From: Pseudomonadota bacterium
Lineage (GTDB): Bacteria; Pseudomonadota; Alphaproteobacteria; Caulobacterales; Caulobacteraceae
Length of the DNA: 64,000 bases
Reading direction: 5' to 3'
Assembly (NCBI GenBank): GCA_023433585.1
Contig: JAEZCL010000098.1
Location: forward strand, 3,661-67,660
Shown here: piece by piece, positions 49,975-60,636 of the stretch
Layout of the letters: every line of letters starts with the position of its first letter
Position numbering within the stretch: position 1 is the first letter of the stretch
Program-made: the position numbers and the translations under genes
Notes under the pieces: model-generated
The model's database searches: none
Told to the model about the DNA's origin: nothing
What the model saw: only the letters and a program-made list of their open reading frames with translations

Positions 49975-50466
49975 TCAGGCGGCGTCCTTGGGCGTCAGGA
50001 CGTCGCCCACGGTGGGGCGGTCCTCGCTAAGCACCAGCGACAGGTCGCGGGGGCGCACCACCTCGCCGCAGCAGCCGCAGGCGATGCGCGGCTCCAGCGA
50101 ATGGCCGCAGGTCTTGTGGATCATGTCGACGCCGGAATCGCTGTCGCCGTAAAGATGCTTGGCGCCCCAGGCGTGCAGGGTCACCAGCACACCGTAGAGG
50201 TCCTTGCCCCGCGCGGTCAGGATATATTCGTTCCTCGGCGGCCGCTCGGAATAGAGTCGGGGCTCCAGCACCCCGTGGGCGACCAGGGTCTTGAGGCGGG
50301 CGGCCAGCACGTTGCGGGCCACGCCCAGGCGCTCCTGCCACTGCTCGAAACGGGTCACGCCCTGGAAGGCGTCGCGGATCACCAGCAGCGTCCAGGGATC
50401 GCCGATCACCTCGAGGGTGGCGGCGATGGAGCAGCTCTGGCGGGAATAGTCGGCTGTGCGTCCCAT
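49975..50466 (-). CDS. HxlR family transcriptional regulator
   Basis: CSIAATLEVIGDPWTLL and EYILTARGKDL motifs. Confidence 0.92.
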   Translation of the reverse strand: MGRTADYSRQSCSIAATLEVIGDPWTLLVIRDAFQGVTRFEQWQERLGVARNVLAARLKTLVAHGVLEPRLYSERPPRNEYILTARGKDLYGVLVTLHAWGAKHLYGDSDSGVDMIHKTCGHSLEPRIACGCCGEVVRPRDLSLVLSEDRPTVGDVLTPKDAA

Positions 50467-50640
50467 GGCCTAAAGGTGACGCTGCGGCAGGCTTTTGACA
50501 AGTGGGTTGCGATTCAACACTGAATAAGTCAGTCTTGTTTGGCAACGGACATCGCGGCGTGATGACGCGCCCGGCGTTCCCCTGCATCCCTCGACTTGCG
50601 GGCGGAGACTCGCCGCCGGTCGCCGTCCGTCCTTTCTGCT

Positions 50641-51492
50641 ATGTCGACGCCCATGTCCGATTCTCCTGACGATCCCCTCTACCGCGCGCTCACCCTGACC
50701 CCTGACGGCGACGCCCTGACCGCCGCGCTTTCCGGTGAGTTCTCCAACGGTCCGGTCAGTGCGCCGCCCGAGGCGGGCTTTCCGTTCGGGGGGCTGCTGG
50801 CGGCCCTGTGCGCCGAGGCCATGCGCCGGGGCCTGGGGATCGACGCGCCGCTGCGCACCCTGAACGTCCAGTATCTGGCGGCGGCGAAATACGGCCAGGC
50901 GCTGACACTCCGCCCCCGGATGCTGCGCGGCGGGCGCACGGTGGCCTATTCGGTGCTGGAGGCGGGCCAGGGCGAACGCCTGACCCATCACGCCACGGCC
51001 ACCTGGGGGCGGGACGCCGATGATGCGGCCAGGCTAGCGCCGCTCAGTGCGCCGCCGCCGCCCCTGGACAGGCTGGACCTGGCGCGGACCCTGAAAGGAC
51101 CGATGCAGCCGCGCTTCGCCCAGCATGTGGAGTATCGGTTCGAGAGCGGGCCGCATATCCTGGGCGGCAATGAGGGCCGGGCGGCGGTTGAACGGCTGTG
51201 GATGCGGACCCGGGACGGCGCGCCGCTGGACGAGGTGCGCCTTTGCTACCTGCTGGATGCGCTTTATCCGCCCGCCTGGACCACCACCAAGGCGCCGCCG
51301 ATGATGACCACGGTGGACCTGCGCTACGATATCCTGACCACGCCGAACGCCCGGACCGCGCCAGACGGATGGGCCTTTTTCGAATTCCGCATGCTGGACC
51401 TGGGCCTGGGCTGGACGGTGGACGAAGTCGCCTGCTGGGGCGTCGATGGAACGCCGCTGGCGCTGTCGCGGCAACGGCGCAAGCTGCTGTAA
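50641..51492 (+). CDS. Thioesterase family protein (double hotdog fold)
   Basis: PFGGLLAA, LRGGRT and LLDALYP motifs. Confidence 0.8.
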   Translation: MSTPMSDSPDDPLYRALTLTPDGDALTAALSGEFSNGPVSAPPEAGFPFGGLLAALCAEAMRRGLGIDAPLRTLNVQYLAAAKYGQALTLRPRMLRGGRTVAYSVLEAGQGERLTHHATATWGRDADDAARLAPLSAPPPPLDRLDLARTLKGPMQPRFAQHVEYRFESGPHILGGNEGRAAVERLWMRTRDGAPLDEVRLCYLLDALYPPAWTTTKAPPMMTTVDLRYDILTTPNARTAPDGWAFFEFRMLDLGLGWTVDEVACWGVDGTPLALSRQRRKLL

Positions 51493-51502
51493 GATCGCAA
51501 GT

Positions 51503-51584
51503 GGTGCTAGTGCTAGTGAGTCGTGAGTAGGCAAGCCGAGGTCAGCCCGCATCGCCCTACTCACGACTCACTAGCACCAGCACC
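51503..51584. repeat. 29-bp inverted repeat built from short tandem units
   Basis: GGTGCTAGTGCTAGTGAGTCGTGAGTAGG ... CCTACTCACGACTCACTAGCACCAGCACC, one mismatch. Confidence 0.85.
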
Positions 51585-51637
51585 CCGGCATGCCCGCCGT
51601 CTCGATCTGCCGAACATCAGATTTCAGGAACCCCGTC

Positions 51638-52819
51638 ATGACCGATCCCATCGTCATCTGTTCGTTCGCCCGCACCCCCATGGGCGGCTTCCAGGGCGTG
51701 TTCTCCGGCGTGAAGTCCACCGCGCTGGGCGCGGCGGCGGTCAAGGCGGCGGTCGAGCGCTCCGGCGTGGCCTCCGCGCACGTCCAGCAGATATTCATGG
51801 GCTGCGTCCTGCCGGCGGGCCTGGGCCAGGCCCCGGCGCGCCAGGCGGCCATCGGCGCGGGCCTGGGCCGTCATGTGGAGGCGACCACCGTCAACAAGAT
51901 GTGCGGCTCGGGGCTTCAGGCCGCCATGATGGCCCATGACGCGCTGAAGGCCGGGACGGCGGACGTGATCGTGGCGGGCGGCATGGAGTCCATGACCGGC
52001 GCGCCCTATGTCATGGCCAAGCACCGGGGCGGCGCCCGCATCGGCCACGACGTGATTTCCGACAGCATGTATCTGGACGGGCTGGAGGACGCCTACACCC
52101 CCGGCAAGCTGATGGGCGCCTTCGCCGAGGACTCGGCCCGGAAATACCAGTTCACCCGCGAAGACCAGGACGCCTACGCCATCGAAAGCCTGAACCGCGC
52201 GAACGCGGCCATCGCCTCGGGCGCGTTCGAGGCCGAGATCACGCCGGTGGAGGTGACCAGCCGCAAGGGCACCGAGACGGTCGCGGTGGACGAACAGCCC
52301 GGCAAGGCGCGGCCCGACAAGGTCCCGACCCTGAAACCCGCCTTCGCCAAGGACGGCACCATCACCGCCGCCAACGCCAGCTCTATCTCGGACGGCGCCG
52401 CCGCCCTGGTGCTGACCCGCGAAAGCACGGCACGCGCCCTGAACCTGCCCGTCGTCGCCCGGGTCGCCGCCCACGCCGCCCACGCCCACGAGCCGGGCCT
52501 GTTCACCACCGCCCCGGTCCCGGCCATGCAGAAGGCCCTGGAGCGCGCCGGCTGGTCCGCCGCCGAGGTGGACCTGTGGGAGGTGAACGAGGCTTTCGCC
52601 GTGGTGGCCATGATCGCCATGCGCGAGCTGGACATCGACCATGCGAAGCTGAACGTGAACGGCGGCGCCTGCGCCCTGGGCCATCCCATCGGCGCCTCGG
52701 GCGCGCGGGTGCTGTCCACCCTGCTGGCGGCGCTTCAGGCGCGCGGCGGGAAAAAGGGCGTGGCGTCCCTGTGCATCGGCGGCGGCGAGGCCGTGGCCAT
52801 GGCGGTGGAAATGGTCTGA
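51638..52819 (+). CDS. Acetyl-CoA C-acyltransferase (thiolase)
   Basis: NKMCGSG, NEAF, GHPIGASG and LCIGGG motifs. Confidence 0.95.
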   Translation: MTDPIVICSFARTPMGGFQGVFSGVKSTALGAAAVKAAVERSGVASAHVQQIFMGCVLPAGLGQAPARQAAIGAGLGRHVEATTVNKMCGSGLQAAMMAHDALKAGTADVIVAGGMESMTGAPYVMAKHRGGARIGHDVISDSMYLDGLEDAYTPGKLMGAFAEDSARKYQFTREDQDAYAIESLNRANAAIASGAFEAEITPVEVTSRKGTETVAVDEQPGKARPDKVPTLKPAFAKDGTITAANASSISDGAAALVLTRESTARALNLPVVARVAAHAAHAHEPGLFTTAPVPAMQKALERAGWSAAEVDLWEVNEAFAVVAMIAMRELDIDHAKLNVNGGACALGHPIGASGARVLSTLLAALQARGGKKGVASLCIGGGEAVAMAVEMV

Positions 52820-52858
52820 GCCTCTGGCCAGGGACGCCGTGGCCGCTAAGCTGACCCC

Positions 52859-53302
52859 ATGACCGCCGCCGAGATCGTCGCCCTTCTGGACCTTTCGCCC
52901 CATCCCGAGGGCGGCTGGTTCCGCGAGACGTTCCGGGACCGGACCGAGATCGCGCCGGGCCGCGCCGTCTCCACCGCCATCCATTACCTGCTGGAGGCGG
53001 GGCAGAGATCGCACTGGCACCGGGTCACGGACGCCTCCGAGGTCTGGGTCTTCAACGCCGGCGAACCGCTGGAGCTGCTGGTCGCCGCGACCGGCGCCGA
53101 TGAACCGGTCCGCCATGTGCTGGGCGCGGACCTGAAGGCGGGCCAGCGCCCCCATGCGGTGGTCCCGGCGAACGCCTGGCAGGCGGCCCGGCCGCTGGGC
53201 GACTGGACGCTGGTCACCTGCACGGTGGCGCCCGGCTTCGTCTTCGACCGTTTCGAGATGGCGCCGCCCGACTGGGCGCCCGGCCGGGGAGACCCCGCAT
53301 GA
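52859..53302 (+). CDS. Cupin domain protein (DUF985-like)
   Basis: PHPEGGWFRET, SHWHRV and CTVAPGF motifs. Confidence 0.9.
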   Translation: MTAAEIVALLDLSPHPEGGWFRETFRDRTEIAPGRAVSTAIHYLLEAGQRSHWHRVTDASEVWVFNAGEPLELLVAATGADEPVRHVLGADLKAGQRPHAVVPANAWQAARPLGDWTLVTCTVAPGFVFDRFEMAPPDWAPGRGDPA

Positions 53303-54321
53303 CCCTGCACCGCCGCAGTCTGCTGACCGCCGCAGGCATGGGTCTGACCGCCGGATCCGTCCATGCCGCATCCGGGCCCCAGGCGCCCTGGAGCGAGGCC
53401 GTGCGCGCCGCCGCCGTCACGCCCGAACGTGCGCCCGCCGATCCGACCGAGACCGTGCGCCTGTGGCCGAACGGGGCCCCCGGCGGTGAAAACGTCACCG
53501 TGGTCGCCGAGGTGAACGAACGCTCCACCGACCCGGCCTGGCGCGACCGTTTCGCCGTCTATACGACCGACCCGATCCTGACCGTGTTCCGGCCGCAGCG
53601 GCCGAACGGCGCGGCCCTGCTGCTCATTCCCGGCGGCGGCTATCGCTGGGCCGTGGTGGACAAGGAGGGCTACGACTGCGCCCGGGTGTTCGCGGCGGCG
53701 GGGATCACCTGTTTCGTGCTGCGCTACCGCCTGCCCGGCGACAACTGGGCGGCCGGGCCGGACGCGCCGCTTCAGGACGCCCAGCGGGCCATGCGCCTGA
53801 TCCGGGCCGGTGCGGCCGAATACGGAATCGACCCGGCCCGCATCGCCGCCCTGGGCGCTTCGGCCGGCGGGCACCTGGCCGGGACCCTGGCCGCGCGGTA
53901 TTGGGATCAGGTTTATGAGCCGGCGGACGCGGTCGACGCCGTCCCGGCCCGCCCGGACCTGTCGATCCTGATGTATCCGGTGGCGACCCTGACCGACCCG
54001 CACGTCCACGCCGGGTCGCGTCGTTTCCTGCTTGGGGACAGCCCGACGCCGGACCAGATCCGCGATTGGTCGCTGGAGACCATGCCCCGGCGCGACACCC
54101 CGCCCACCTTCATCGTCCACGCCATGGACGACGGCGCCGTGCCGCCCGAGAACGCCCTGATGCTGACTGCGGCCCTGCGCGCGGCGAACACGCCGGTCGA
54201 GACGCACCTGTTCGAGGAGGGCGGCCACGGCTTCGGCATCCGCCTGATCCAGGGCCGCCCGGCCGCCGTCTGGCCCGAACTGGTCCTGGCCTGGGGCGCC
54301 CGGCACGGCTGGCTGGGCTGA
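53299..54321 (+). CDS. Tat-exported alpha/beta hydrolase (acetyl esterase-like)
   Basis: HRRSLL Tat-like signal; PGGGY, GASAGG and GGHGFG motifs. Confidence 0.88.
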   Translation: MTLHRRSLLTAAGMGLTAGSVHAASGPQAPWSEAVRAAAVTPERAPADPTETVRLWPNGAPGGENVTVVAEVNERSTDPAWRDRFAVYTTDPILTVFRPQRPNGAALLLIPGGGYRWAVVDKEGYDCARVFAAAGITCFVLRYRLPGDNWAAGPDAPLQDAQRAMRLIRAGAAEYGIDPARIAALGASAGGHLAGTLAARYWDQVYEPADAVDAVPARPDLSILMYPVATLTDPHVHAGSRRFLLGDSPTPDQIRDWSLETMPRRDTPPTFIVHAMDDGAVPPENALMLTAALRAANTPVETHLFEEGGHGFGIRLIQGRPAAVWPELVLAWGARHGWLG

Positions 54322-54324
54322 GCC

Positions 54325-55038
54325 TCAGACCTTGCGGAACTGCAGGAAGATGGGCGCGGTGTCGCCCAGCTTCTTCTCTTCATAGCGGGTGGTCACATGA
54401 TCGGCCGGAGCGATGCGCCAGTCGTCCGCGTCTTCCGCCGGCCATTCCAGCCCCGCCGCCCGCAGGAACCGCTCGTGCGCCCAGGCGGCGTAGTCCTTCC
54501 ACTCGGTGACGAAGCGCAGCAGGCCGCCCGGCTTCAGCAGCCGCGCGATCTCGGCCGCCGTCTCGTCCTGGATCAGGCGGCGCTTGTTGTGCCGCGCCTT
54601 GGGCCAGGGGTCGGGGAACAGGATCATCACCCGGTCCAGCGACGCATCCGGCAGGGCCGACATGATCGCCCGCGCGTCGCCCGCGTGGATGCGCACGTTC
54701 TCAAGGCCCATTTCCTCGACATGACGCAGGGCCGAACCCACGCCGTTCAGGAACGGCTCGCAGCCGATCATCAGCGTCTCGGGATTGCGCCGCGCCTGTT
54801 CGGCCAGATGCTCGCCTCCGCCGAAGCCGATCTCCAGCCAGACCTCCCTGGCCCCCGGCATGAGCGCCTTCGGATCGATGGGCCCGGCCTCGGGATCGGG
54901 AACCGCGATGGTCGGCAACAGCGTGTCGAACAGGGCCGCCTGGCGCGGCTTCAGGGTGCGCGAGCGGATGCGCCCGAACGAGCGCATGGGACCCCAGGTG
55001 GGGACCGGGTCTTCCGCCTTGTCTTCGGCTTCGCTCAT
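54325..55038 (-). CDS. trmB: tRNA (guanine-N7)-methyltransferase
   Basis: LEIGFGGGEH and FPDPWPKARHNKRR motifs. Confidence 0.95.
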   Translation of the reverse strand: MSEAEDKAEDPVPTWGPMRSFGRIRSRTLKPRQAALFDTLLPTIAVPDPEAGPIDPKALMPGAREVWLEIGFGGGEHLAEQARRNPETLMIGCEPFLNGVGSALRHVEEMGLENVRIHAGDARAIMSALPDASLDRVMILFPDPWPKARHNKRRLIQDETAAEIARLLKPGGLLRFVTEWKDYAAWAHERFLRAAGLEWPAEDADDWRIAPADHVTTRYEEKKLGDTAPIFLQFRKV

Positions 55039-55889
55039 CAGTCCCGCAGCAGTTCGTTGACGCCGGTCTTGGCGCGGGTCTGGGCGTCCACCCGCTTGAC
55101 GATGACGGCGCAGTACAGAGACGGCCCGCCCTTCGGATCGGGCAGCGAACCGGGCACGACGACGCTGTAGGCGGGCACCTCGCCACGCGTCACCTCGCCC
55201 GTCGCCCGGTCCACGATCTTCGTCGAGGCCGACAGATAGACGCCCATGGCCAGCACCGCGCCCTCGCGCACGATCACGCCCTCGGCCACCTCGGCCCGGG
55301 CGCCGATGAAACAGCCGTCCTCGATGATCGTCGGATTGGCCTGCAGCGGCTCCAGCACCCCGCCGATGCCCGCCCCGCCGGACAGGTGCACGTTTCTGCC
55401 GATCTGGGCGCACGATCCGACGGTGGCCCAGGCGTCCACCATGGCGCCCTCGTCCACATATGCCCCGATGTTCACGAAGGACGGCATCAGCACGACGTTC
55501 TTGCCGATGAAGGCCCCGCGCCGCACGAAGCTGCCCGGCACGGCGCGGAAGCCCGCGTCGCGGAACTGCTCCTCGCTCCAGCTGCTGAATTTGTTGGGAA
55601 CCTTGTCCCACCACGGGCCATGGCCGGCGTGCGGCGCGGTGAAGCCCTTGCCTGCGGTGCGCATGACCTCGTTGTCGTTGAGGCGGAAGGACAGCAGGAC
55701 CGCTTTCTTCAGCCATTGATGGGTCGTCCAGACGCCGTCGGCGCCGCGCGAGGCCACCCGCGCCTGGCCGGAATCCAGCAGCGCCAGGGCGGCCTTGACC
55801 GCATCGCGCGCCTCGCCCGTCGTCTGGGGCGACAGGGCGGCGCGGTCCTCCCACGCGGCCTCGATCACGGATTCCAGTAGCAGGGTCAT
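55038..55889 (-). CDS. dapD: Tetrahydrodipicolinate N-succinyltransferase
   Basis: [19 protein letters not shown] and GGVLEPLQA motifs. Confidence 0.96.
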   Translation of the reverse strand: MTLLLESVIEAAWEDRAALSPQTTGEARDAVKAALALLDSGQARVASRGADGVWTTHQWLKKAVLLSFRLNDNEVMRTAGKGFTAPHAGHGPWWDKVPNKFSSWSEEQFRDAGFRAVPGSFVRRGAFIGKNVVLMPSFVNIGAYVDEGAMVDAWATVGSCAQIGRNVHLSGGAGIGGVLEPLQANPTIIEDGCFIGARAEVAEGVIVREGAVLAMGVYLSASTKIVDRATGEVTRGEVPAYSVVVPGSLPDPKGGPSLYCAVIVKRVDAQTRAKTGVNELLRD

Positions 55890-56545
55890 GCGGCGTCTTT
55901 CATCAGGCGGTTCAGGAAGGGCGGCAGGGCTTCAGCCCGGTGGTCCACGAAATCGGCGGTCGAAACCGGGGCGTGGGCGCCCACCAGCACCGTGGTCATG
56001 CCGATCTCGGCGGCGGGCTTCAGGTTCTTCTCGGTGTCCTCGAAAAAGGCCGTCCGGCGTGGATCGACCCCGTGCCGTTCGATCAGCCGGGCGAAGGCGC
56101 GCGGGTCCGGCTTGGGGATCAGGTCGGAGGCCTCAATGTGGAACACGTCGTCGAACAGGTCGGCGATGTCCAGCGCCGCCAGCACCCGCTCCGCATGGGC
56201 CGCCGCCCCGTTGGTGAACACCAGCCGCCGTCCGGGCAACCGGGCCAGCCCCGCGCGCAGCGCCGCGTCGGGCGTCAGGCAGTCCAGCTCCACCTGATGC
56301 ACCTCGGCCAGGAATTCATGCGGGTCCACCCGGTGGTTCAGCATCAGCCCGTTCAGCGACGTGCCGTGTTCGCGCAGATACTTCAGCTGCAGTTCCCGCG
56401 CCGCCTCGGCCGCCAAGCCCACAGTGCGCACGAAATAGGCGTTGATGCGGTCCTGAACCCGCCTCATCAGACCGCATTCGGGCGGATAGAGGGTGTTGTC
56501 CATGTCGAACACCCAGTGCTCGACATGATCCAGCGAACGGGTCAC
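55886..56545 (-). CDS. Pyrimidine 5'-nucleotidase (HAD family)
   Basis: [18 protein letters not shown] and FFED motifs. Confidence 0.9.
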   Translation of the reverse strand: MTRSLDHVEHWVFDMDNTLYPPECGLMRRVQDRINAYFVRTVGLAAEAARELQLKYLREHGTSLNGLMLNHRVDPHEFLAEVHQVELDCLTPDAALRAGLARLPGRRLVFTNGAAAHAERVLAALDIADLFDDVFHIEASDLIPKPDPRAFARLIERHGVDPRRTAFFEDTEKNLKPAAEIGMTTVLVGAHAPVSTADFVDHRAEALPPFLNRLMKDAA

Positions 56546-57483
56546 GCCTTCACCAGGGTTCCGGCGCCGTGCTCGGTGAACAGCTCCACCAGCATGGCGT
56601 GAGGGCGTCGTCCGTCCAGGATGACCACCGCCTCGACCCCGGCCTTGACCGCCGCCATGGCGGTCTGGAGCTTCGGGATCATGCCGCCGGTGGCCACGCC
56701 GTCGTCGATCAGCGCCTGAGCTTCCGCCACCGTCATCTGCCGGATGACCTGGCCGTCCTTGTCCAGCACACCCTTCACGTCCGTGAGCAGCAACATGCGC
56801 TTGGCCCGCAGCGAGCCCGCCACGGCGCCCGCCACCGTATCGGCGTTGACGTTGTAGGTGCGCCCGTCCTCCGCGACTCCAATGGGGGCGATGACGGGCA
56901 CCCAGTCTTCGGATTCCGAGGCGATCAGGCCCCGGATCAGCTTGGGGTCCACCCGGGTCGGCTCGCCCACGAAACCCAGATCGACCTCATGTTCGATCAT
57001 GCTGTCGGGATCGCTCTTGGTGCGGCGGGTCTTCTCCACCGTCAGGAGGCCCGCATCCTTGCCCGACAGGCCGACGCCGCGAACGTCCGCCTCCTTGCCC
57101 GCCACGGTGATCCAGTGGGCGATCACCTTGTTGACCGCGCCGGACAGGACCATCTCGGCCACCTGCATGGTCTCGGCGTCCGTCACGCGCAGCCCGTCCA
57201 CGAACTGGGACTTGACGCCCGCCCGGTCCAGCATGGCCGAAATCTGCGGCCCACCGCCGTGGACGACCACAGGATTGACGCCCATCAGCTTCAGCAGCAC
57301 CACATCGGCGGCGAACTGGCGGGCCACCGCCTCCTCGCCCATCGCGTGGCCGCCGTATTTGATCACCACGGTCTCGCGGTCATAGACCTGGATGTAAGGC
57401 AGCGCCTCGGCCAGGGTCCGGGCCGTGGCCCAGCCGCGTTCCTCGGACTGGCGTTCGTCTTCTGTCAGGGCGTCTTTGATCAT
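56542..57483 (-). CDS. argB: Acetylglutamate kinase
   Basis: [21 protein letters not shown] and GGMIPK motifs. Confidence 0.96.
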   Translation of the reverse strand: MIKDALTEDERQSEERGWATARTLAEALPYIQVYDRETVVIKYGGHAMGEEAVARQFAADVVLLKLMGVNPVVVHGGGPQISAMLDRAGVKSQFVDGLRVTDAETMQVAEMVLSGAVNKVIAHWITVAGKEADVRGVGLSGKDAGLLTVEKTRRTKSDPDSMIEHEVDLGFVGEPTRVDPKLIRGLIASESEDWVPVIAPIGVAEDGRTYNVNADTVAGAVAGSLRAKRMLLLTDVKGVLDKDGQVIRQMTVAEAQALIDDGVATGGMIPKLQTAMAAVKAGVEAVVILDGRRPHAMLVELFTEHGAGTLVKA

Positions 57484-57553
57484 CGTCCGCGCGCGATAGC
57501 GGACATGGGCGGCGCTGTCACGACAAAGCGCCGCCCAAACCGTCCTGGCGAGT

Positions 57554-58054
57554 CTATTCCGCCGCCAGCGCCCGCGGGTTCGGAGACTCGTCCGCCAGCC
57601 GGGTCAGATCCGAATCCGTCTTGGATTCCTCCTTCAGGGTCTCGTCCAGAAGGCGCGCGGCGTCGGGCAGCTCCAGCAGCTCGGCCCAGCGCTTGAGCGT
57701 GCCATAGCGGGTGATCTCGTAATGCTCCACCGCCTGGGCCGCCGAGATCAGTCCCGCGTCCAGCGCGGGGGTGTCCTTGTATTCCTCCAGAATCTCCTCG
57801 CCCTCGGCGATGATCCCCTCGATGGCCTCGCAGGTCTTGCCCATCGCGCGCTTGCCGATGATGTCGAACACCTGCTGCAGGCGCTCGATCTGCCCTTCGG
57901 TCTCCTCCAGGTGTTTCTCGAAGGCGGCTTTCAGGGCCGGGGCCTGGGCGCCGCGGGCCATCTTGGGCAGCGCCTTGGCGATCTTGCGCTCGGCGTAATA
58001 GATGTCCTTGAGGGTGTCGTAGAACAGGTTGTCCAGGGTTTTCTCGGTCGCCAT
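57554..58054 (-). CDS. Ferritin-like stress protein, YciE/YciF (DUF892) family
   Basis: [20 protein letters not shown] and AQAVEHYEI motifs. Confidence 0.92.
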   Translation of the reverse strand: MATEKTLDNLFYDTLKDIYYAERKIAKALPKMARGAQAPALKAAFEKHLEETEGQIERLQQVFDIIGKRAMGKTCEAIEGIIAEGEEILEEYKDTPALDAGLISAAQAVEHYEITRYGTLKRWAELLELPDAARLLDETLKEESKTDSDLTRLADESPNPRALAAE

Positions 58055-58088
58055 CGGATCACTCCCTTCCGTTTGAGTGGCGGTTGAC

Positions 58089-58113
58089 AACCGGATGGGC
58101 GCGATGATGTTCC
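58089..58113 (-). promoter_or_regulatory. EcfG/sigmaT-type promoter of the YciF-like gene
   Basis: GGAAC-N16-GGTT on the minus strand. Confidence 0.7.
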
Positions 58114-58121
58114 CGGCTCGC

Positions 58122-58147
58122 GGAACCGATCACAAGCACGACCGGTT
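58122..58147 (+). promoter_or_regulatory. Divergent EcfG/sigmaT-type promoter
   Basis: GGAAC-N17-GGTT on the plus strand. Confidence 0.55.
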
Positions 58148-58156
58148 CACGGTGTC

Positions 58157-58297
58157 ATGGATGGGGATCGCACAGAACCGCAACCCGAAATGCCGGACGC
58201 CGAGCTGGCGCGCCGACTGCTGGAGCGCGGCTTCTATCGGCTCGAGACGCCGCGCCGGGCGCCGGAGGGTCACGAGCCGAAGGGCGCGAAAGACTAG
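58157..58297 (+). CDS. Small hypothetical protein (46 aa), possibly leaderless
   Basis: MDGDRTEPQPEMPDAELARRLLERGFYRLETPRRAPEGHEPKGAKD; fills the gap and shares a CTAG stop overlap with the convergent gene. Confidence 0.5.
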   Translation: MDGDRTEPQPEMPDAELARRLLERGFYRLETPRRAPEGHEPKGAKD

Positions 58298-58719
58298 GGC
58301 CGGCCGTCAGCCCGCCGGGCCGGGCTCGCCACACAGGCGATGCGCCCCCGGTGGGCGCGGATGCGGGCGGTCTGGCCCTGGGCGATGCGGTAATAGACGC
58401 CGGCCTCGTCCGACAGGGCGCGAACGTGGACGGGCCCTGTGGCGGTGCAGTCGGCCCGGCGCCACAGCTGGCGGCAGCGGACAGGCGCCTCGCCCCATGC
58501 AGCGCGGACCTGAACCCCGTTGGTGCGGCCGCGGGTCTGGGCGGTCTTGCCCTCGAAATCCAGCTCCAGCGGCGCGATCTCGGCCCAGGACACGGCCTCG
58601 CACGGTTCGCCGGTCAGGGCCGGGCGCTCGAAGGGGCGCAGGCCGTCGATCAGGTTCAGGATCGGAGCGATGCCCAGAAACAGGGCGAGGATGGCGGCGG
58701 TGATCAGGGTGCGCTTCAT
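58294..58719 (-). CDS. Hypothetical exported or membrane-anchored protein
   Basis: N-terminal hydrophobic segment and four Cys residues. Confidence 0.65.
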   Translation of the reverse strand: MKRTLITAAILALFLGIAPILNLIDGLRPFERPALTGEPCEAVSWAEIAPLELDFEGKTAQTRGRTNGVQVRAAWGEAPVRCRQLWRRADCTATGPVHVRALSDEAGVYYRIAQGQTARIRAHRGRIACVASPARRADGRP

Positions 58720-58755
58720 CCCCTGCGCATGGAGGGTACAGACGCAGGCGGCAAC

Positions 58756-59748
58756 CTACCGATCCTGACCGGCGGCCTCCGCCAGAATTTCATAGGACTT
58801 CACCCGCGCGCCGTGGTCGAAGATCTGACTGGTGACCATCAGCTCGTCGGGCTTGTGGCGCTCGATGAAGGCGTTCAGCTGGGTCTTCACCGTTTCGGGC
58901 GAGCCCACCGCCGAACAGGACAGGGCCTGATCGATCATGGCGCGGGCGCCGGCGTCCAGCGCCTCGGCGTAGCCCGGACGCGGCGGCGGCAGCTTGCCCG
59001 CCCGCCCGGTGCGCAGATTGACGAAGGCCTGCTGCACCGAGGTGAACAGGTCCCGCGCCTCTTCATCGGTGTCGGCGGCGAAGACGTTATAGCCCAGCAT
59101 CACATAGGGCTCTGACAGGCGCTTGGACGGCTGGAAGCTCGAGCGATAGATGGCCAGCGCCCGCTCCAGCTCGGCCGGGGCGAAGTGGCTGGCGAAGGCG
59201 TATGGCAGGCCCAGATGGGCGGCCAGCTGCGCGCCGTAGGTGGACGAGCCCAGCATCCAGATCTGGACATCCTGCCCCTCGCCCGGCGTGGCGCGGATGC
59301 GCTGGCCCTCCTCGGCGGGCTCGAACCAGTTCATCAGCTCGGCCACGTCGCGCGGAAAATCTTCAACGCTTCCATCCAGCGTCCGGCGCAGCGCCCGCGC
59401 CGTGGCCTGGTCCGTGCCCGGCGCCCGGCCCAGCCCCAGGTCGATGCGTCCCGGGTGCAGCGCCGCCAGGGTGCCGAACTGCTCGGCGATGACATAGGGC
59501 GCGTGGTTGGGCAGCATGATCCCGCCCGCCCCCACGCGGATCGTGCTGGTCCCCGCCGCCACATGGCCGATGACCACCGAGGTGGCCGCGCTGGCGATGC
59601 CCGGCATGTTGTGGTGTTCCGCCAGCCAGTAGCGGTGGAAGCCCAGCCGCTCGGCGTGCCGGGCCAGGTCCAGGGTGTTGGCGAGGGATTGCGAAACGTC
59701 GGAGCCCTCGGGCACCGGCGACAGATCAAGAACGGACAGCTTGGGCAT
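58756..59748 (-). CDS. LLM class flavin-dependent oxidoreductase
   Basis: [24 protein letters not shown] and FASHF motifs. Confidence 0.93.
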   Translation of the reverse strand: MPKLSVLDLSPVPEGSDVSQSLANTLDLARHAERLGFHRYWLAEHHNMPGIASAATSVVIGHVAAGTSTIRVGAGGIMLPNHAPYVIAEQFGTLAALHPGRIDLGLGRAPGTDQATARALRRTLDGSVEDFPRDVAELMNWFEPAEEGQRIRATPGEGQDVQIWMLGSSTYGAQLAAHLGLPYAFASHFAPAELERALAIYRSSFQPSKRLSEPYVMLGYNVFAADTDEEARDLFTSVQQAFVNLRTGRAGKLPPPRPGYAEALDAGARAMIDQALSCSAVGSPETVKTQLNAFIERHKPDELMVTSQIFDHGARVKSYEILAEAAGQDR

Positions 59749-59784
59749 CCGGCCCATATGGGGTCGACTTCCCCGCGCCCAAGG

Positions 59785-59980
59785 GAGACCTTTGTGTAAT
59801 TCCTACCTCCGCTCATCCCCGCGAACGCGGGAACCCAGTGCTTTGGGTGTTGCAGCCGGTGAGGATCATTCGCCGCTCGCAAGTCCTGAAGCGCTGGCGT
59901 CAGGCTGGACAGAACTGGGTCCCCGCGTTCGCGGGGATGAGCGGAAAATTTCGAGCCGTCAGCCGTTACGCAAAGGTCTC
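59785..59980. mobile_element. 196-bp MITE-like element, copy 2, with inverted core
   Basis: GAGACCTTTGTGTAA ... TTACGCAAAGGTCTC; same length and internal IR as copy 1; no clear target duplication. Confidence 0.85.
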
Positions 59981-59994
59981 CGATTGGAGAAGGA

Positions 59995-60636
59995 TCAGAT
60001 CTCCACCCCCGTCGTGCGCATGATCTCGGCGCGCAGTTCGGGGATGCCCAGGCCCTTCTCCGAGGAGGTCACGGCCACGAAGGGATAGGCGGCGGGGCGT
60101 TTGGACACCGCCTTCAGGGTCTTCTCAGCCACCAGCTCGGCCTCGCCCTTCTTCAGCTTGTCGGCCTTGGTCAGGACGATCTGATAGCTGACCGCCGCTT
60201 CGTCCAGGGCGTCCAGGGCTTCGTCATCGACCGCCTTCAGGCCATGGCGGCTGTCGATCAGCAGATAGCCCCGCTTCAGCGTCACGCGCCCGCGCAGGTA
60301 ATCGCGGCCCAGGTTCTGGAACCGCTTCACCTCGCCCCTGGACGCCTTGGCCCAGCCGTAGCCGGGCAGGTCCACCAGGCGCATCCTGCCGTCCAGGTCG
60401 AAGAAGTTCACCTCGCGGGTGCGGCCCGGCTCATTGGACGCGCGCGCCAGCGCCTTCATGCCCACCAGGGCGTTGATGAGGCTGGACTTGCCCACGTTCG
60501 AACGCCCGGCGAAGGCGATCTCGGGCAGATCGGGGTCGGGCAGCTGCTCGATCTTGGCCGCGCCCATGACGAAGGTCGCGGGGCGCGCGAACAGGATGCG
60601 CGCCGTCTCGATCTCCTCGTCGGTGAAGTCCGTCAC
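59995..60636 (-). CDS. engB: Ribosome biogenesis GTPase YihA/YsxC
   Basis: [15 protein letters not shown] and TKAD motifs; GTG start overlaps the yidC stop. Confidence 0.95.
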   Translation of the reverse strand: MTDFTDEEIETARILFARPATFVMGAAKIEQLPDPDLPEIAFAGRSNVGKSSLINALVGMKALARASNEPGRTREVNFFDLDGRMRLVDLPGYGWAKASRGEVKRFQNLGRDYLRGRVTLKRGYLLIDSRHGLKAVDDEALDALDEAAVSYQIVLTKADKLKKGEAELVAEKTLKAVSKRPAAYPFVAVTSSEKGLGIPELRAEIMRTTGVEI

